Shown here: positions 48,207 through 57,526 of the stretch, one piece after another
How positions within the stretch are numbered: position 1 is the stretch's first letter
How the letters are laid out: every line of letters starts with the position of its first letter
Source of the DNA: an uncultured Verrucomicrobiae bacterium
GTDB lineage: Bacteria > Verrucomicrobiota > Verrucomicrobiia > Chthoniobacterales > JAFAMB01
Length of the DNA: 64,000 bases
Assembly: GCA_963762565.1 (NCBI GenBank)
Contig: CAVXLD010000003.1
Coordinates: forward strand, 864,001 to 928,000
Direction of reading: 5' to 3'
The notes under the pieces: model-generated
What the model saw: the letters and a program-made list of their open reading frames with translations, nothing else
Databases searched by the model: none
What the model was told of the DNA's origin: nothing
Made by a program: the position numbers and the translations under genes

Positions 48207-49185
48207 TTAGAACGATTCGCCGACCATCTCCTCGCTCTTCTTCCAGAGCGCGGCGGCGGTCTTGGAATCGAGCGCATACCCGCGCATACCTTCGCTGCCC
48301 GGGCCGAGGTCGACATCATCGGGTACGAGGTGGGCAACGTGGCAGTTCTCGCAATACTTGCCCCCGATCTCCTCAGCGCTGGCCACTACCCCAGCCCACA
48401 CGGAGGTTGCCGCTCCCTGCTGGACTGTCTTCCATTGCAAAGGTTCCTTACCTTCGGCGGCAAGCTGTTTCTCCATTTGCTCTAGCAAACCTTTCATATA
48501 TTCGGGATCCATGTAACGGGTCAATTCGGTGTGTATTATCCCTGGATGGACAGCTGCCGCCCGGACGCCATCGCTCCCGGTGCCGCTCGTCGAAGGCGAC
48601 CGCAAATTGAATATTTGCGGTTTTCGACCGCCCATAAGCCACAAACGGTTCGTAAGTGGCCCGTTCAAAGTTCGGATCGTCCAGGTCAACATTAGAGTAA
48701 CGGTGGCCCGCTGAAGACAAGTTGATCAGGCGAGATCCGGTTCTCATCAATGGCGCAACCCGATTAACCAGGACAAAGTGGCCAAGGTGATTAGTACCGA
48801 ACTGGGTTTCAAATCCGTCCGCGGTATGTCCGAAAGGTGTGGCCATCACCCCGGCATTCGCGATGACCAGGTCGAAGGGTTCACCCTTGGCTTTGAGCTC
48901 GTCCGCGCAGGCACGCACACTTTTGAGATTAGCGAGGTCGAGCTGGACCAATTCAAACTGTCCGCCATTCGCCGCAGCATCCTTTCGGATTTGAGCGGTG
49001 CTTGTTTCCGCTTTCTTCAAATCCCGGGCTGTACCCACAACCTGGGCGCCGCGCGCTGCTAAAGATCGCGCCGTTTCCACCCCGATCCCAGCCGAAACAC
49101 CGGTAACCAGGATGCGTTTGCCGTGAAGATCGACACCGGATAAGACCTCATCGGTGGTTGAAGCCGGGCCAAATAGATTTGCCAT
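48207..49185 (-). pseudogene. SDR oxidoreductase (retinol dehydrogenase-like) with a frameshift near 48570
   Basis: TGVSAGIG, NAGVM, YGRSK in one frame; GVRAAAVHPG...QGAATSVWA...LWKKSEE in another. Confidence 0.85.
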
Positions 49186-49216
49186 TTCTTACTCCTATTG
49201 ATAAATGTTTAATAAA

Positions 49217-49257
49217 CGGAGAGAGTCTCCGCAATACATAAGTGGAGACTTTCTCCG
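49217..49257. promoter_or_regulatory. Probable TetR operator pair between divergent genes
   Basis: CGGAGAGAGTCTCCG and TGGAGACTTTCTCCG imperfect palindromes. Confidence 0.65.
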
Positions 49258-49274
49258 CTTGCAAGTGATTTTCT

Positions 49275-49940
49275 ATGCCGGCAAAGACCCGCACAAAAAC
49301 CCGCATCAAGTCTCCTACTCGCAAACCGCGTGCTGATGCACTGCGTAACCGCACGCGCATCTTGGAGATCGCCAAAGTGGCGTTCACCCGGTTCGGAGGG
49401 AACGTCAGTCTGGATGATGTGGCCCGCCGGGCGCGAATCGGCGCGGGGACACTGTACCGCCACTTCCCCACCCGGGACGCTCTATTAGAGGCCGTTTATC
49501 GCACGGAAGTAGAGAAACTGGCTGCAGCCGAACTCGAATTTGCCAAGTCCATGCCTCCGGCCCAAGCCTTGCGAGCATGGATGTTACTCTTCGTAGACTA
49601 CATCGCAACGAAACAACTGATCGCACCTGCGCTGAACAACATTGTGGGCGGACCGTCCAAGCTATTTGAATGGACTGGTAGTCAGATCAAGGGCGCGATC
49701 GACAATTTGGTGAACCGAGCGATCGAAAGCGGTGACATTCGGTCCGACCTCGACCCAGTTGACTTGCTGCGGGCTCTCATCGGCGTGTCGAACGTGGCGT
49801 CCAGCCCGGACTGGGCTCAAAGCGCGCGCAGGCTAGTGGACATTCTCCTTCTCGGCTCGCGTCCCGTGCCCGAAAGAGCTTCACCACCAAGAAACAGAAA
49901 ACGTGCACAGAAGATCACAAAGGACACAAAGACAGAATAA
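49275..49940 (+). CDS. TetR/AcrR family regulator
   Basis: RADALRNRTRIL...GAGTLYRHFPTRDALL. Confidence 0.93.
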   Translation: MPAKTRTKTRIKSPTRKPRADALRNRTRILEIAKVAFTRFGGNVSLDDVARRARIGAGTLYRHFPTRDALLEAVYRTEVEKLAAAELEFAKSMPPAQALRAWMLLFVDYIATKQLIAPALNNIVGGPSKLFEWTGSQIKGAIDNLVNRAIESGDIRSDLDPVDLLRALIGVSNVASSPDWAQSARRLVDILLLGSRPVPERASPPRNRKRAQKITKDTKTE

Positions 49941-49941
49941 A

Positions 49942-50142
49942 CTCACGCAAAGGCGCAAAGGTTAAGGCACAGGCACGTGCCGGGCAAAGCACGAGGAGAT
50001 CAGGGGACACAATAATTCTAAACCAACGCTTCTCTTGGGAGCTCGGCCTCTTTTCGCTAGCCGACCCGATCCATCGCTTCGAAATCGAAAACGCTCAGCC
50101 CTGCATGGTCTTAACCTTTGCGCCTTTGCTTCTTTGCGTGAG
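49942..50142. mobile_element. Family H element, copy 2 (interior inverted relative to copy 1)
   Basis: CTCACGCAAAGGCGCAAAGGTTAAG / CTTAACCTTTGCGCCTTTGCTTCTTTGCGTGAG. Confidence 0.88.
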
Positions 50143-50184
50143 ATTTTCTATGCTTGGGTTGTGGCTATTTCGGCTCTGGCCTTA

Positions 50185-50940
50185 TCACTGCGCGGTATAG
50201 CCGCCGTCGACTCTTAGCACCTGGCCGGTGATGTAGGAAGATTGATCCGAGGCCAGGAACAGCGCTGCCTGGGCTGTTTCGATCGGTTGCGCGGCCCGTC
50301 CCAGCGGGATGATATTGGTCGCCAAGTTCTGGATTGACTGGTCATCGCCTAGCCCCCGTCTAGCCATATCAGTGAGAGTAACCCCCGGACTGAGAACGTT
50401 GACTCGGATCCCGGCCTTAGCCAATTCCAGGGCTGCGCTGAAGGCTAGCGCATTCACGCCACCTTTACTGGCGGCATAAACAGCAGCTCCGGCAAAACCG
50501 ACTTCAGCGACAATACTTGAATTGAAGATGATGGAGCTACCCGGAGGCATCACTGCGGCTTCATATTTCAAGCTCAGAAAAGCTCCTTTGAGATTGATGC
50601 CGATGACTTCATCAAAGACAGCTCCTGTTTGTTCGGCCAGCGGCACACCAAACTTGCCTTCTATTCCTGCGTTGTTAAATGCGACATTGAGCGTGCCGAA
50701 CGTCGAAACGGTTTCGTTAATGAGTTGCTCAACCTGATCCGCTTTAGAGACGTCGGCCTGAATGAACTTAGCGGTTCCGCCCGCCTTACGAATCAAAGCG
50801 GCAACTTCTTCTCCTTCTTCTTTTCGCCGGCCGGCCACCACCACTTTTGCGCCTTCGCCAGCGAATAAAATGGCTGTTTCCCGACCGATTCCAGACGTTG
50901 CCCCGGTCACCAATGCTACTTTGTCTTTCAAAATATTCAT
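50185..50940 (-). CDS. Classical SDR oxidoreductase
   Basis: TGATSGIG, NNAGIEG, YAASK, YITGQVLRVDGG. Confidence 0.95.
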   Translation of the reverse strand: MNILKDKVALVTGATSGIGRETAILFAGEGAKVVVAGRRKEEGEEVAALIRKAGGTAKFIQADVSKADQVEQLINETVSTFGTLNVAFNNAGIEGKFGVPLAEQTGAVFDEVIGINLKGAFLSLKYEAAVMPPGSSIIFNSSIVAEVGFAGAAVYAASKGGVNALAFSAALELAKAGIRVNVLSPGVTLTDMARRGLGDDQSIQNLATNIIPLGRAAQPIETAQAALFLASDQSSYITGQVLRVDGGYTAQ

Positions 50941-51029
50941 TTAAGCAATCTAGTTGTATTTTTCAGTTCCATTTCTTTACCGGCTAGTATAGAATGCAGA
51001 AGAGTGGTTTCGTCAACTAATCTTTACTA

Positions 51030-51638
51030 ATGAGTACAGAAATCCATTCGTCCCCGGCTCGCGGCCGTCCCCGCTGTTTTGATCTGGAGGAGGCGCTGGA
51101 CCGGTCGCTGCTGCTTTTCTGGGAAAAGGGGTTCAAAAACACCTCCCTGGACGAAATCGCTGAAGCCGTTGGCGTTAAAAAACCTAGTCTCTACGCGGCC
51201 TTCGGAGACAAAGAGATGCTCTTCCGCAAAGTCCTCCGGAGATATTCCAGCAAACTCAGTGAACCGGTCCAGGCTTTGGATCGTTATGCTGATATTCGTG
51301 AAGCCGTCAATGCATTTATCGAGCTCGGAATTGCCGGCGGTTGCGGCAAGGGACATCCGCGTGGCTGTTTATTAGTGAGTGCTTTTGCCGATAGCGCCCT
51401 ACTCCCACCGAACCTGGCTAAGGAAATCAAAGGGCTCGTCAACCAAGCCGACCAAGCGGTTGCACAACGCTTAAAGAAAGCCGTTCGTGACAGGCAACTC
51501 CCCCCTGATTTCGATGCGAAAGGCACCGCCAGATTCCTCATTACTTTGATGCATGGCGTCGCCCTGCGCGTCCGAGCCGGTGAAAGCCGCGCCGATTTAC
51601 AAAGAATGAAAAAAGCCGCTCTCCGTTGCCTTGGCTAA
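51030..51638 (+). CDS. TetR/AcrR family regulator
   Basis: RGRPRCFD, FWEKGF, SLYAAFGDKE, PRGCLL. Confidence 0.93.
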   Translation: MSTEIHSSPARGRPRCFDLEEALDRSLLLFWEKGFKNTSLDEIAEAVGVKKPSLYAAFGDKEMLFRKVLRRYSSKLSEPVQALDRYADIREAVNAFIELGIAGGCGKGHPRGCLLVSAFADSALLPPNLAKEIKGLVNQADQAVAQRLKKAVRDRQLPPDFDAKGTARFLITLMHGVALRVRAGESRADLQRMKKAALRCLG

Positions 51639-51649
51639 TAAGAGAAAGA

Positions 51650-51945
51650 AAATCTCACGCAAAGACGCAAAGGCGCAAAGTTTAAGAGGAGATGTGAAAG
51701 GTGATCGCTGAAAGATCTACCGAGAACGTTGCATTCCGAACGACGTTCGGCTGAGCTCACGTCGAAGCCTTCGTTATCTTCTATAGAAATATCTCTCTTT
51801 GTGTCCTTCTGTTGAAATGCTGCAACGCGACAAGGCCAATAGCCGGAATGCCATGCTCCCGCTGTGACCTTTCACCTCTCACTTTTCACCTTTCACGTTT
51901 GTCTCCGCTCTTCCCTTTGCGCCTTTGCGTCTTTGCGTGAGATTT
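51650..51945. mobile_element. Family H element, copy 3 (unrelated interior)
   Basis: AAATCTCACGCAAAGACGCAAAGGCGCAAAG / CTTTGCGCCTTTGCGTCTTTGCGTGAGATTT. Confidence 0.88.
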
Positions 51946-52033
51946 AACTTTCTTTGGCCTTCAGCCCTGGGTCAGGCGTACGACCATCCACGCCCTGAAA
52001 GCACCTCCAACCCCGCTTTGGCGGGGTGCAATT

Positions 52034-52159
52034 CCGGGAGGGCGCGCGTCCCCGCGCGCCGCGACGACGTGCTACCACCCAGCGGCGTATTTTCTTCCGG
52101 GATCAAAACACGTCCCCGGTTTCGGTCACGACGGATCGCGAGGACGCGATCCCTCCCGG
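52034..52159. repeat. Family J REPIN-like element
   Basis: CCGGGAGGGCGCGCGTCCCCGCGCGCCG / CGGATCGCGAGGACGCGATCCCTCCCGG. Confidence 0.85.
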
Positions 52160-52540
52160 CGATGGGCCCCCCACATTCTAAGAGCGAAGCGCCTCACGAG
52201 TGGCGCCCGACGCACCTTTCCGCACCAAAACCCAGGTTTGAAACCCTGGGATATGATCTATAGCCGCTTGGCGGCAAGTCCGATACCTAGGGTACACCTA
52301 TACAAAAATGACAATCCTGACAGGCTTTTCGCTTCTACTGTTTTCTAGTCTTGGCCTGTTGATAGCAATTCGTGACGATCAGCGACTACGCACAACGCGT
52401 TGGATACCGACTAATTACAACCTATTTAGAACGCTTTACCAATTTGTTATTAAGAGACGTTTCGCTGCGGTCGCCCGTGACGAATTTGTTACAGGGCTCC
52501 GCTTGTAGCGTTGTTACGCCAATGCAAGTAAGCGGCCTCT

Positions 52541-55312
52541 ATGTATCGTCCTTCTTTAACGAAAGGAATCGTTACTGCCCTCCTCCAGGGCGTCGTCGGC
52601 CCAGCGGCTTTCGTAGTCGCTGGACCGGCGTTAGCAACCCCTTCACTCCCGTACCCTACGTACACCGTGGGTCCGCAAGCGGACGGCTCATACGTGATGT
52701 CGGTCAATCAGACCATCACGCCTGCCGGCACGTTGGTGAAGTTGGGTACACCGACACGCGGTAAGGCGCTCGCGCTGAACCCGAACACCTCCACCAATAC
52801 GGCCGCCGTGCTGCAGATGGGCGCCTCCTCCTCTGTCCAGATCTTTGATCTCGTCAGCGGCCAGCTGCTGCAAGCCTTTTCGCCGACCGGCGATAGCAGC
52901 GGCTCATTTACCGGCATTGCCTATTCGGCCGACGGCACCAAGCTGTTGTTCAGCCAAGATAGCAGCAACGTCACCATCGCCAACGTTGATCCGACCACCG
53001 GATTGCTGAGCGGCGGAACGCAAGTCGCCCTGCCGAAGCCGACTTATCCCAATATGTACAGCCCAAACACGGCCTATCCAGCGGGTGTGGCGTTCTCGAC
53101 CGACGGCACCACCGCCTACGTTTTGCTGAATCAGAACAACACACTTGCCGTGATCGACTTGACCAAGGCGCAGCCAAAGTTAGTCAGACAAATCCGGGTT
53201 GGTAACGTTCCTAACAGCATTGTGGTGTCCGGCAATCGCGCTTATGTCAGCAACGAAGGCGGACGTGTCGCCAAGTCCGGTGATTTCACCGATCTTTCAT
53301 CTGGCGTGCCGATCGTTACAGATCCGACAACCGACAGTGCCAGCACCGGCACCGTCTCGGTGGTGAATCTCGAGACGCTAACGGTCGAGAATAACATCAG
53401 GGTCGGCTTGCATCCGGCCGGTCTGGCGTTGGCCAATGGTTTGCTCTATGTCGCCAATGCTTACAGTGATACTGTTTCCGTGGTCGACACCACCACCAAT
53501 AAGGTAGTGCACACTATCAATGTAGGCGTACCGCTGCCCAGCATTTCCGGGTTTACGCCCAACACGTTGGGGACCACCCCCAACGGCATCGCGGTCAACG
53601 GAAACACTCTGTATGTGACCCTGTTCACCGTCAACGCCGTTGCGGTGGTTGACCTGACTGATCCGAAAAACAATGCCGTGCTAGGCTACATTCCGACGGC
53701 GTCGACGCCGAGCACCGTCGCTTTCGACCAGGCCCATAATCAACTCGTGGTTTCCAACCACAAGGGCATCGGCACCGACAGTATCACGGTCACGAACGAG
53801 TATTCCGATACCGGTTACAATTCGCATCCGGATACCGGCACAGTCAATCTCATCCCGATCCCGACCGTTACTCAACTGGCGGACTATACCACGCAGGTTT
53901 GGCAGAATAATCACTGGGACCTGACGCAGAACGTTCAAGTGGGCAAGAAATACGTTAACCCGAATGCGACCCCGGTGGCTATCCCGGAACACATTGGCGA
54001 GCCTTCGCTGATCAAACACGTGTTCTTGATCATTAAAGAGAACCGCACCTACGATCAGGTGTTCGGCGATGTCGCGACCGCTAACGGTAATGCTTCGCTC
54101 GCGGTATTCGCGCCTTATACGCCCAACCAGCACGCGTTCCTGCAGCGTTTCGCGACGCTCGACAACGTCTACGCTCCTTCCCGGCAGTCAGCGGATGGAC
54201 ATCCCTGGATTGTAAGCGCGCTTGCGGCCTACGCCGACGAAAGCCAGTCCCCAGACTGGATTCGCAGTTATCCGGGCGGCAATGGGTATGACTCCATGGT
54301 TTACACCCCGCGCGGTTTCCTCTGGGACGCAGCGACGGCACAAGGTTTAACCGTCAAACTGTACGGCGAGTGGAGCGGCAGTCAGAGCATCAACGGCAAT
54401 TACAGCTGGTCCGATTGGTACGCCTATTCGCAGTACTTGGAAGGCAAGATCCCGACCAACCCGACCACCATCACACCGACCACTGACACCGAGAGCAGCA
54501 CGGTCCCGTCAGTAATCGCCGCTTTGGATCCGCACTACCCGAGCTTCAACACCGGCATTCCGGATCAATACCGGGTGGATTACTGGTTGCCGATCTTCAA
54601 CAATCAGGAAAGTACCGGCACGCTGCCTGCCCTCACTATTATCTGGTTGCCGGATGACCATACCTCTGGCTACTCGACGGGCTATCCGATCCCGACTGCC
54701 GCGCAGGCCGACAACGACCTGGGGCTGGGACGCATCGTTCAAGCCATCACCAACAGTAAAGACTGGGCTACTTCGGCAATCTTCGTTGAAGAAGATGACG
54801 CCCAGGATGGAGTTGACCACGTGGATGGCCACCGTCAACCGGTCCAGATCATCAGCCCGTACGCCATTCAGAGCAACGGCGTTGGTGATCATACTACCTA
54901 CACGTCGGCCAGCATTGACCGTACGATCGAACAAATCCTCGGCTTGACGCCGATGACGGAGTTCGATCTGGTCGCCTCGCCGATGCGCACCGCGTTTACC
55001 AACACGCCGGCTAACATTGCGCCGTTCACCGCATTGCCACCGACGATTTCGCTGAACACATTCCCGAGCCCGAGCGCAAAGAACGCGGCCAACACAAGCG
55101 CGGTCAGCAACCTCAAGGTCGCCTGGAACCGTGCTTCAAACGAAATGTTCAAAGGCAAATTCAACAAGTCCGATTCGGTCGACGAAACCTTCTTGAACCA
55201 TGCGATCTGGTATTCCGCCACGGACTTCACCCGCCCCTACCCGGGTGAGACCAAAGTGTTGATGCCTAGCGATCTGAAACTTGCTAACCGCAGCGTAGAG
55301 ATCGAGGACTAA
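52541..55312 (+). CDS. Secreted YncE beta-propeller plus phosphoesterase (alkaline phosphatase superfamily) protein
   Basis: YVAN blades, then IKHVFLIIKENRTYDQVFGD, SADGH, LPDDHT, EDDAQDGVDHVDGHR. Confidence 0.92.
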   Translation: MYRPSLTKGIVTALLQGVVGPAAFVVAGPALATPSLPYPTYTVGPQADGSYVMSVNQTITPAGTLVKLGTPTRGKALALNPNTSTNTAAVLQMGASSSVQIFDLVSGQLLQAFSPTGDSSGSFTGIAYSADGTKLLFSQDSSNVTIANVDPTTGLLSGGTQVALPKPTYPNMYSPNTAYPAGVAFSTDGTTAYVLLNQNNTLAVIDLTKAQPKLVRQIRVGNVPNSIVVSGNRAYVSNEGGRVAKSGDFTDLSSGVPIVTDPTTDSASTGTVSVVNLETLTVENNIRVGLHPAGLALANGLLYVANAYSDTVSVVDTTTNKVVHTINVGVPLPSISGFTPNTLGTTPNGIAVNGNTLYVTLFTVNAVAVVDLTDPKNNAVLGYIPTASTPSTVAFDQAHNQLVVSNHKGIGTDSITVTNEYSDTGYNSHPDTGTVNLIPIPTVTQLADYTTQVWQNNHWDLTQNVQVGKKYVNPNATPVAIPEHIGEPSLIKHVFLIIKENRTYDQVFGDVATANGNASLAVFAPYTPNQHAFLQRFATLDNVYAPSRQSADGHPWIVSALAAYADESQSPDWIRSYPGGNGYDSMVYTPRGFLWDAATAQGLTVKLYGEWSGSQSINGNYSWSDWYAYSQYLEGKIPTNPTTITPTTDTESSTVPSVIAALDPHYPSFNTGIPDQYRVDYWLPIFNNQESTGTLPALTIIWLPDDHTSGYSTGYPIPTAAQADNDLGLGRIVQAITNSKDWATSAIFVEEDDAQDGVDHVDGHRQPVQIISPYAIQSNGVGDHTTYTSASIDRTIEQILGLTPMTEFDLVASPMRTAFTNTPANIAPFTALPPTISLNTFPSPSAKNAANTSAVSNLKVAWNRASNEMFKGKFNKSDSVDETFLNHAIWYSATDFTRPYPGETKVLMPSDLKLANRSVEIED

Positions 55313-55330
55313 AATCGATCGATTAGATTA

Positions 55331-55379
55331 TCCTCCCCCGGTTAGGGCATCAGCGGGCAACCGGGGGAGGAGTCTTTTT
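55331..55379 (+). terminator. Probable intrinsic terminator
   Basis: TCCTCCCCCGGTT / AACCGGGGGAGGA stem followed by GTCTTTTT; long loop. Confidence 0.65.
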
Positions 55380-55493
55380 AGGCTGGTACGTCGTACACCT
55401 TTTTCAGTTTTTCTTGAGTCCAAGTATTCGGAATCTGGGCCTGTACACCAGTCGTTAGTCCGGCCAAGACTAAAAGACAGAGAAAGGAAGTTC

Positions 55494-56588
55494 TCATCGG
55501 TGTGACTGAGGTGAAGGTGAAGGTAACACGACAGTTTCTATCCCGCCTTTCGCATCGGCGACAACATCGGTTACCTTACTATCTGGAGCCGTGACGTCGA
55601 CAACCCACGTGACAACTGGCCCGCCTTGTCCGCCAGCATTCAATTTTGTCAAGATCAACCCGGTAACCTGGGAATTCGGTATGGCGACTTTGGCTAGCGC
55701 GTCCGACTCCAGCTTTGCGATGATGGTCCAATCGACATCGGCAATGTTGAAGGAGGGCTTCTCCGGAGTTTGCGTCGTTAGGGTTCGGCCGAGACGCTGG
55801 TCCGCGGCGTAGCGAATGCGTTGCACCAACCCATCCAGGCCCCATTCGAAACCAAAAGTTGCTTCGGCGCCTAACTGTTTTTTAAGCTCCGCCGTCGAGA
55901 TATTGGTTTCAAAGCCGACACTGCGCGCTTCGACCCAGACCTGGGTCAGGACGGGACCGGTGCCAACCATGTCACGGAAGGCGGCTGCGGCCTCTGCAAT
56001 CAGGTCAGGTTCTTTGAACAGGTTAAAAGTCTTGGCATGCTCAGTTTCACTGAACTCGCCGCCCAGAATCACGCATTGAGCGTTCGCGTTTACATCGGCA
56101 CGTTCCCGAGCGCCCTCGATATGCAACGACACAAAGATGTCGCCCGCTACTGCCTTCGATAACACCGGTATCGCGCGTACGATCGCGATCAGCGTGACCG
56201 CCCCATCCGCGATCGCGGCACGTTTGATCGCCGATTTCTCCAATTTCGACATCTCTGAAAATGCGACCGCGTCGAGATCGAAGAGCTTCGCCCCTAAATC
56301 AGGATCGCGCTGATAATCAGCGTGCTCAGGTCCGAACACCCAAGGGAGAATCCCTGCGATACGAACGAAACGCCATCGATTCAAATGCCCAAGATTGTCT
56401 GGATCCTGTACTTCGACGTTGACTTCGCCAGGTTGGATCCACATCTCGCGCACACGTGCCTGTTTACCCATCGCAGAACGCAGCTGTGAGACGGCCAAAT
56501 TCAAATCGCTCTGATCATCTACATAGCTCGCCTCCGCGCGGCCGGACGCCACCATGATCAAAGCGATTACAGTCCGGAGAGCCTTCAT
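55494..56588 (-). CDS. Secreted hypothetical protein with two related halves
   Basis: Signal peptide; FDLDAVAFSEMSKLEKSA resembles FNIADVDWTIIAKLESDA. Confidence 0.7.
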   Translation of the reverse strand: MKALRTVIALIMVASGRAEASYVDDQSDLNLAVSQLRSAMGKQARVREMWIQPGEVNVEVQDPDNLGHLNRWRFVRIAGILPWVFGPEHADYQRDPDLGAKLFDLDAVAFSEMSKLEKSAIKRAAIADGAVTLIAIVRAIPVLSKAVAGDIFVSLHIEGARERADVNANAQCVILGGEFSETEHAKTFNLFKEPDLIAEAAAAFRDMVGTGPVLTQVWVEARSVGFETNISTAELKKQLGAEATFGFEWGLDGLVQRIRYAADQRLGRTLTTQTPEKPSFNIADVDWTIIAKLESDALAKVAIPNSQVTGLILTKLNAGGQGGPVVTWVVDVTAPDSKVTDVVADAKGGIETVVLPSPSPQSHR

Positions 56589-56677
56589 ATGTAAATGATT
56601 GCGGTCGAAAAACTTATCAGAGAAAGCCGGGAATGGGCCAGCAAAGAATTAACAGAAGAAAACGAAGAACAGAAAAT

Positions 56678-56922
56678 CCCACACAAGGGCACAAAGACAC
56701 TAAGAAACGGAAACTTTAACAAGAGGGCCGCAAAGGTAGCAAAGACCGAGTTTTAGCAGACTCTGATGTGAGGTTAGCCATTCAAAAGCTAGTCCACCCG
56801 TCGCGCCTATTGTGGAAGCCTAACGTGCGAATCCCAAATCACCAATCGTTCATTTCTTTGCGGCCTTTGTGGCCTTCCTGTTAAATTTTCTGTCTCTTAG
56901 TGTCTTTGTGCTTTTGTGTGAG
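56678..56922. repeat. Family I element (CACAAAG arms)
   Basis: CACACAAGGGCACAAAGACACTAAGA...GGCCGCAAAG / CTTTGCGGCC...TCTTAGTGTCTTTGTGCTTTTGTGTG. Confidence 0.85.
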
Positions 56923-56936
56923 ATACGGCAGTTAAA

Positions 56937-57278
56937 ATGAAAACCATCCCAATTTTCCTCGCTTTTATGTCTTTGTTCGTTGCAGGCGCCAAGGCTGGCG
57001 CCCAGGAACGTCTGGCAGCGTGCCGTCAGCAAATTGATTCGATTGATCAGCGCTTAGTGGACCTAATCCAGGAACGCGCTCGCGTAGTCCAGGAGGTTGG
57101 CGCCATTAAACAAGAAGCACACCTTCAGGTAACCGATACCAGCCGGGAACAAGCCGTGATCCAGAACGCGGAAGCCCTAGCAAAAGATGGCCCGCTACCA
57201 GCCGAAGCCGTTGGCCGTATCTATCAAAAACTCGTTGAAGAGATGCGCAATTGGGAAGCGGGCCTGACTAAGAAGTAA
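56937..57278 (+). CDS. Chorismate mutase (AroQ class) with a predicted signal peptide
   Basis: LAACRQQIDSIDQRLVDLIQERA...VGAIK...DTSREQAV. Confidence 0.85.
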   Translation: MKTIPIFLAFMSLFVAGAKAGAQERLAACRQQIDSIDQRLVDLIQERARVVQEVGAIKQEAHLQVTDTSREQAVIQNAEALAKDGPLPAEAVGRIYQKLVEEMRNWEAGLTKK

Positions 57279-57287
57279 TGGAGTAGT

Positions 57288-57497
57288 TGGTAGGGCGAGG
57301 CTCCGGAAAGAGCCACGACGGTCGCAGGGTCGAGTGACGCCTCGTCGGTATATTAGGTTCAACTTCTACGCGCGGCCGAGCCGTGGGTTACGCGGGCCCC
57401 CGGCTCGGCAGCGTTCAGGTGTTGCATCCCATATTTTGGCGAAACGCTATCTCGCTCTGCGACTTCTTTCCGACCATTCTGGAGCCTCGCCCTACCA
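57288..57497. repeat. Family B REPIN-like element with GTAG ends
   Basis: TGGTAGGGCGAGGCTCCGGAA / TTCTGGAGCCTCGCCCTACCA. Confidence 0.85.
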
Positions 57498-57526
57498 CTC
57501 CTTGAACTCCTTGATTATATTTCCAC

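Noticed and set aside
52308..52508. 66-aa membrane peptide ORF
   Set aside because: Plausible hydrophobic start but no other support.
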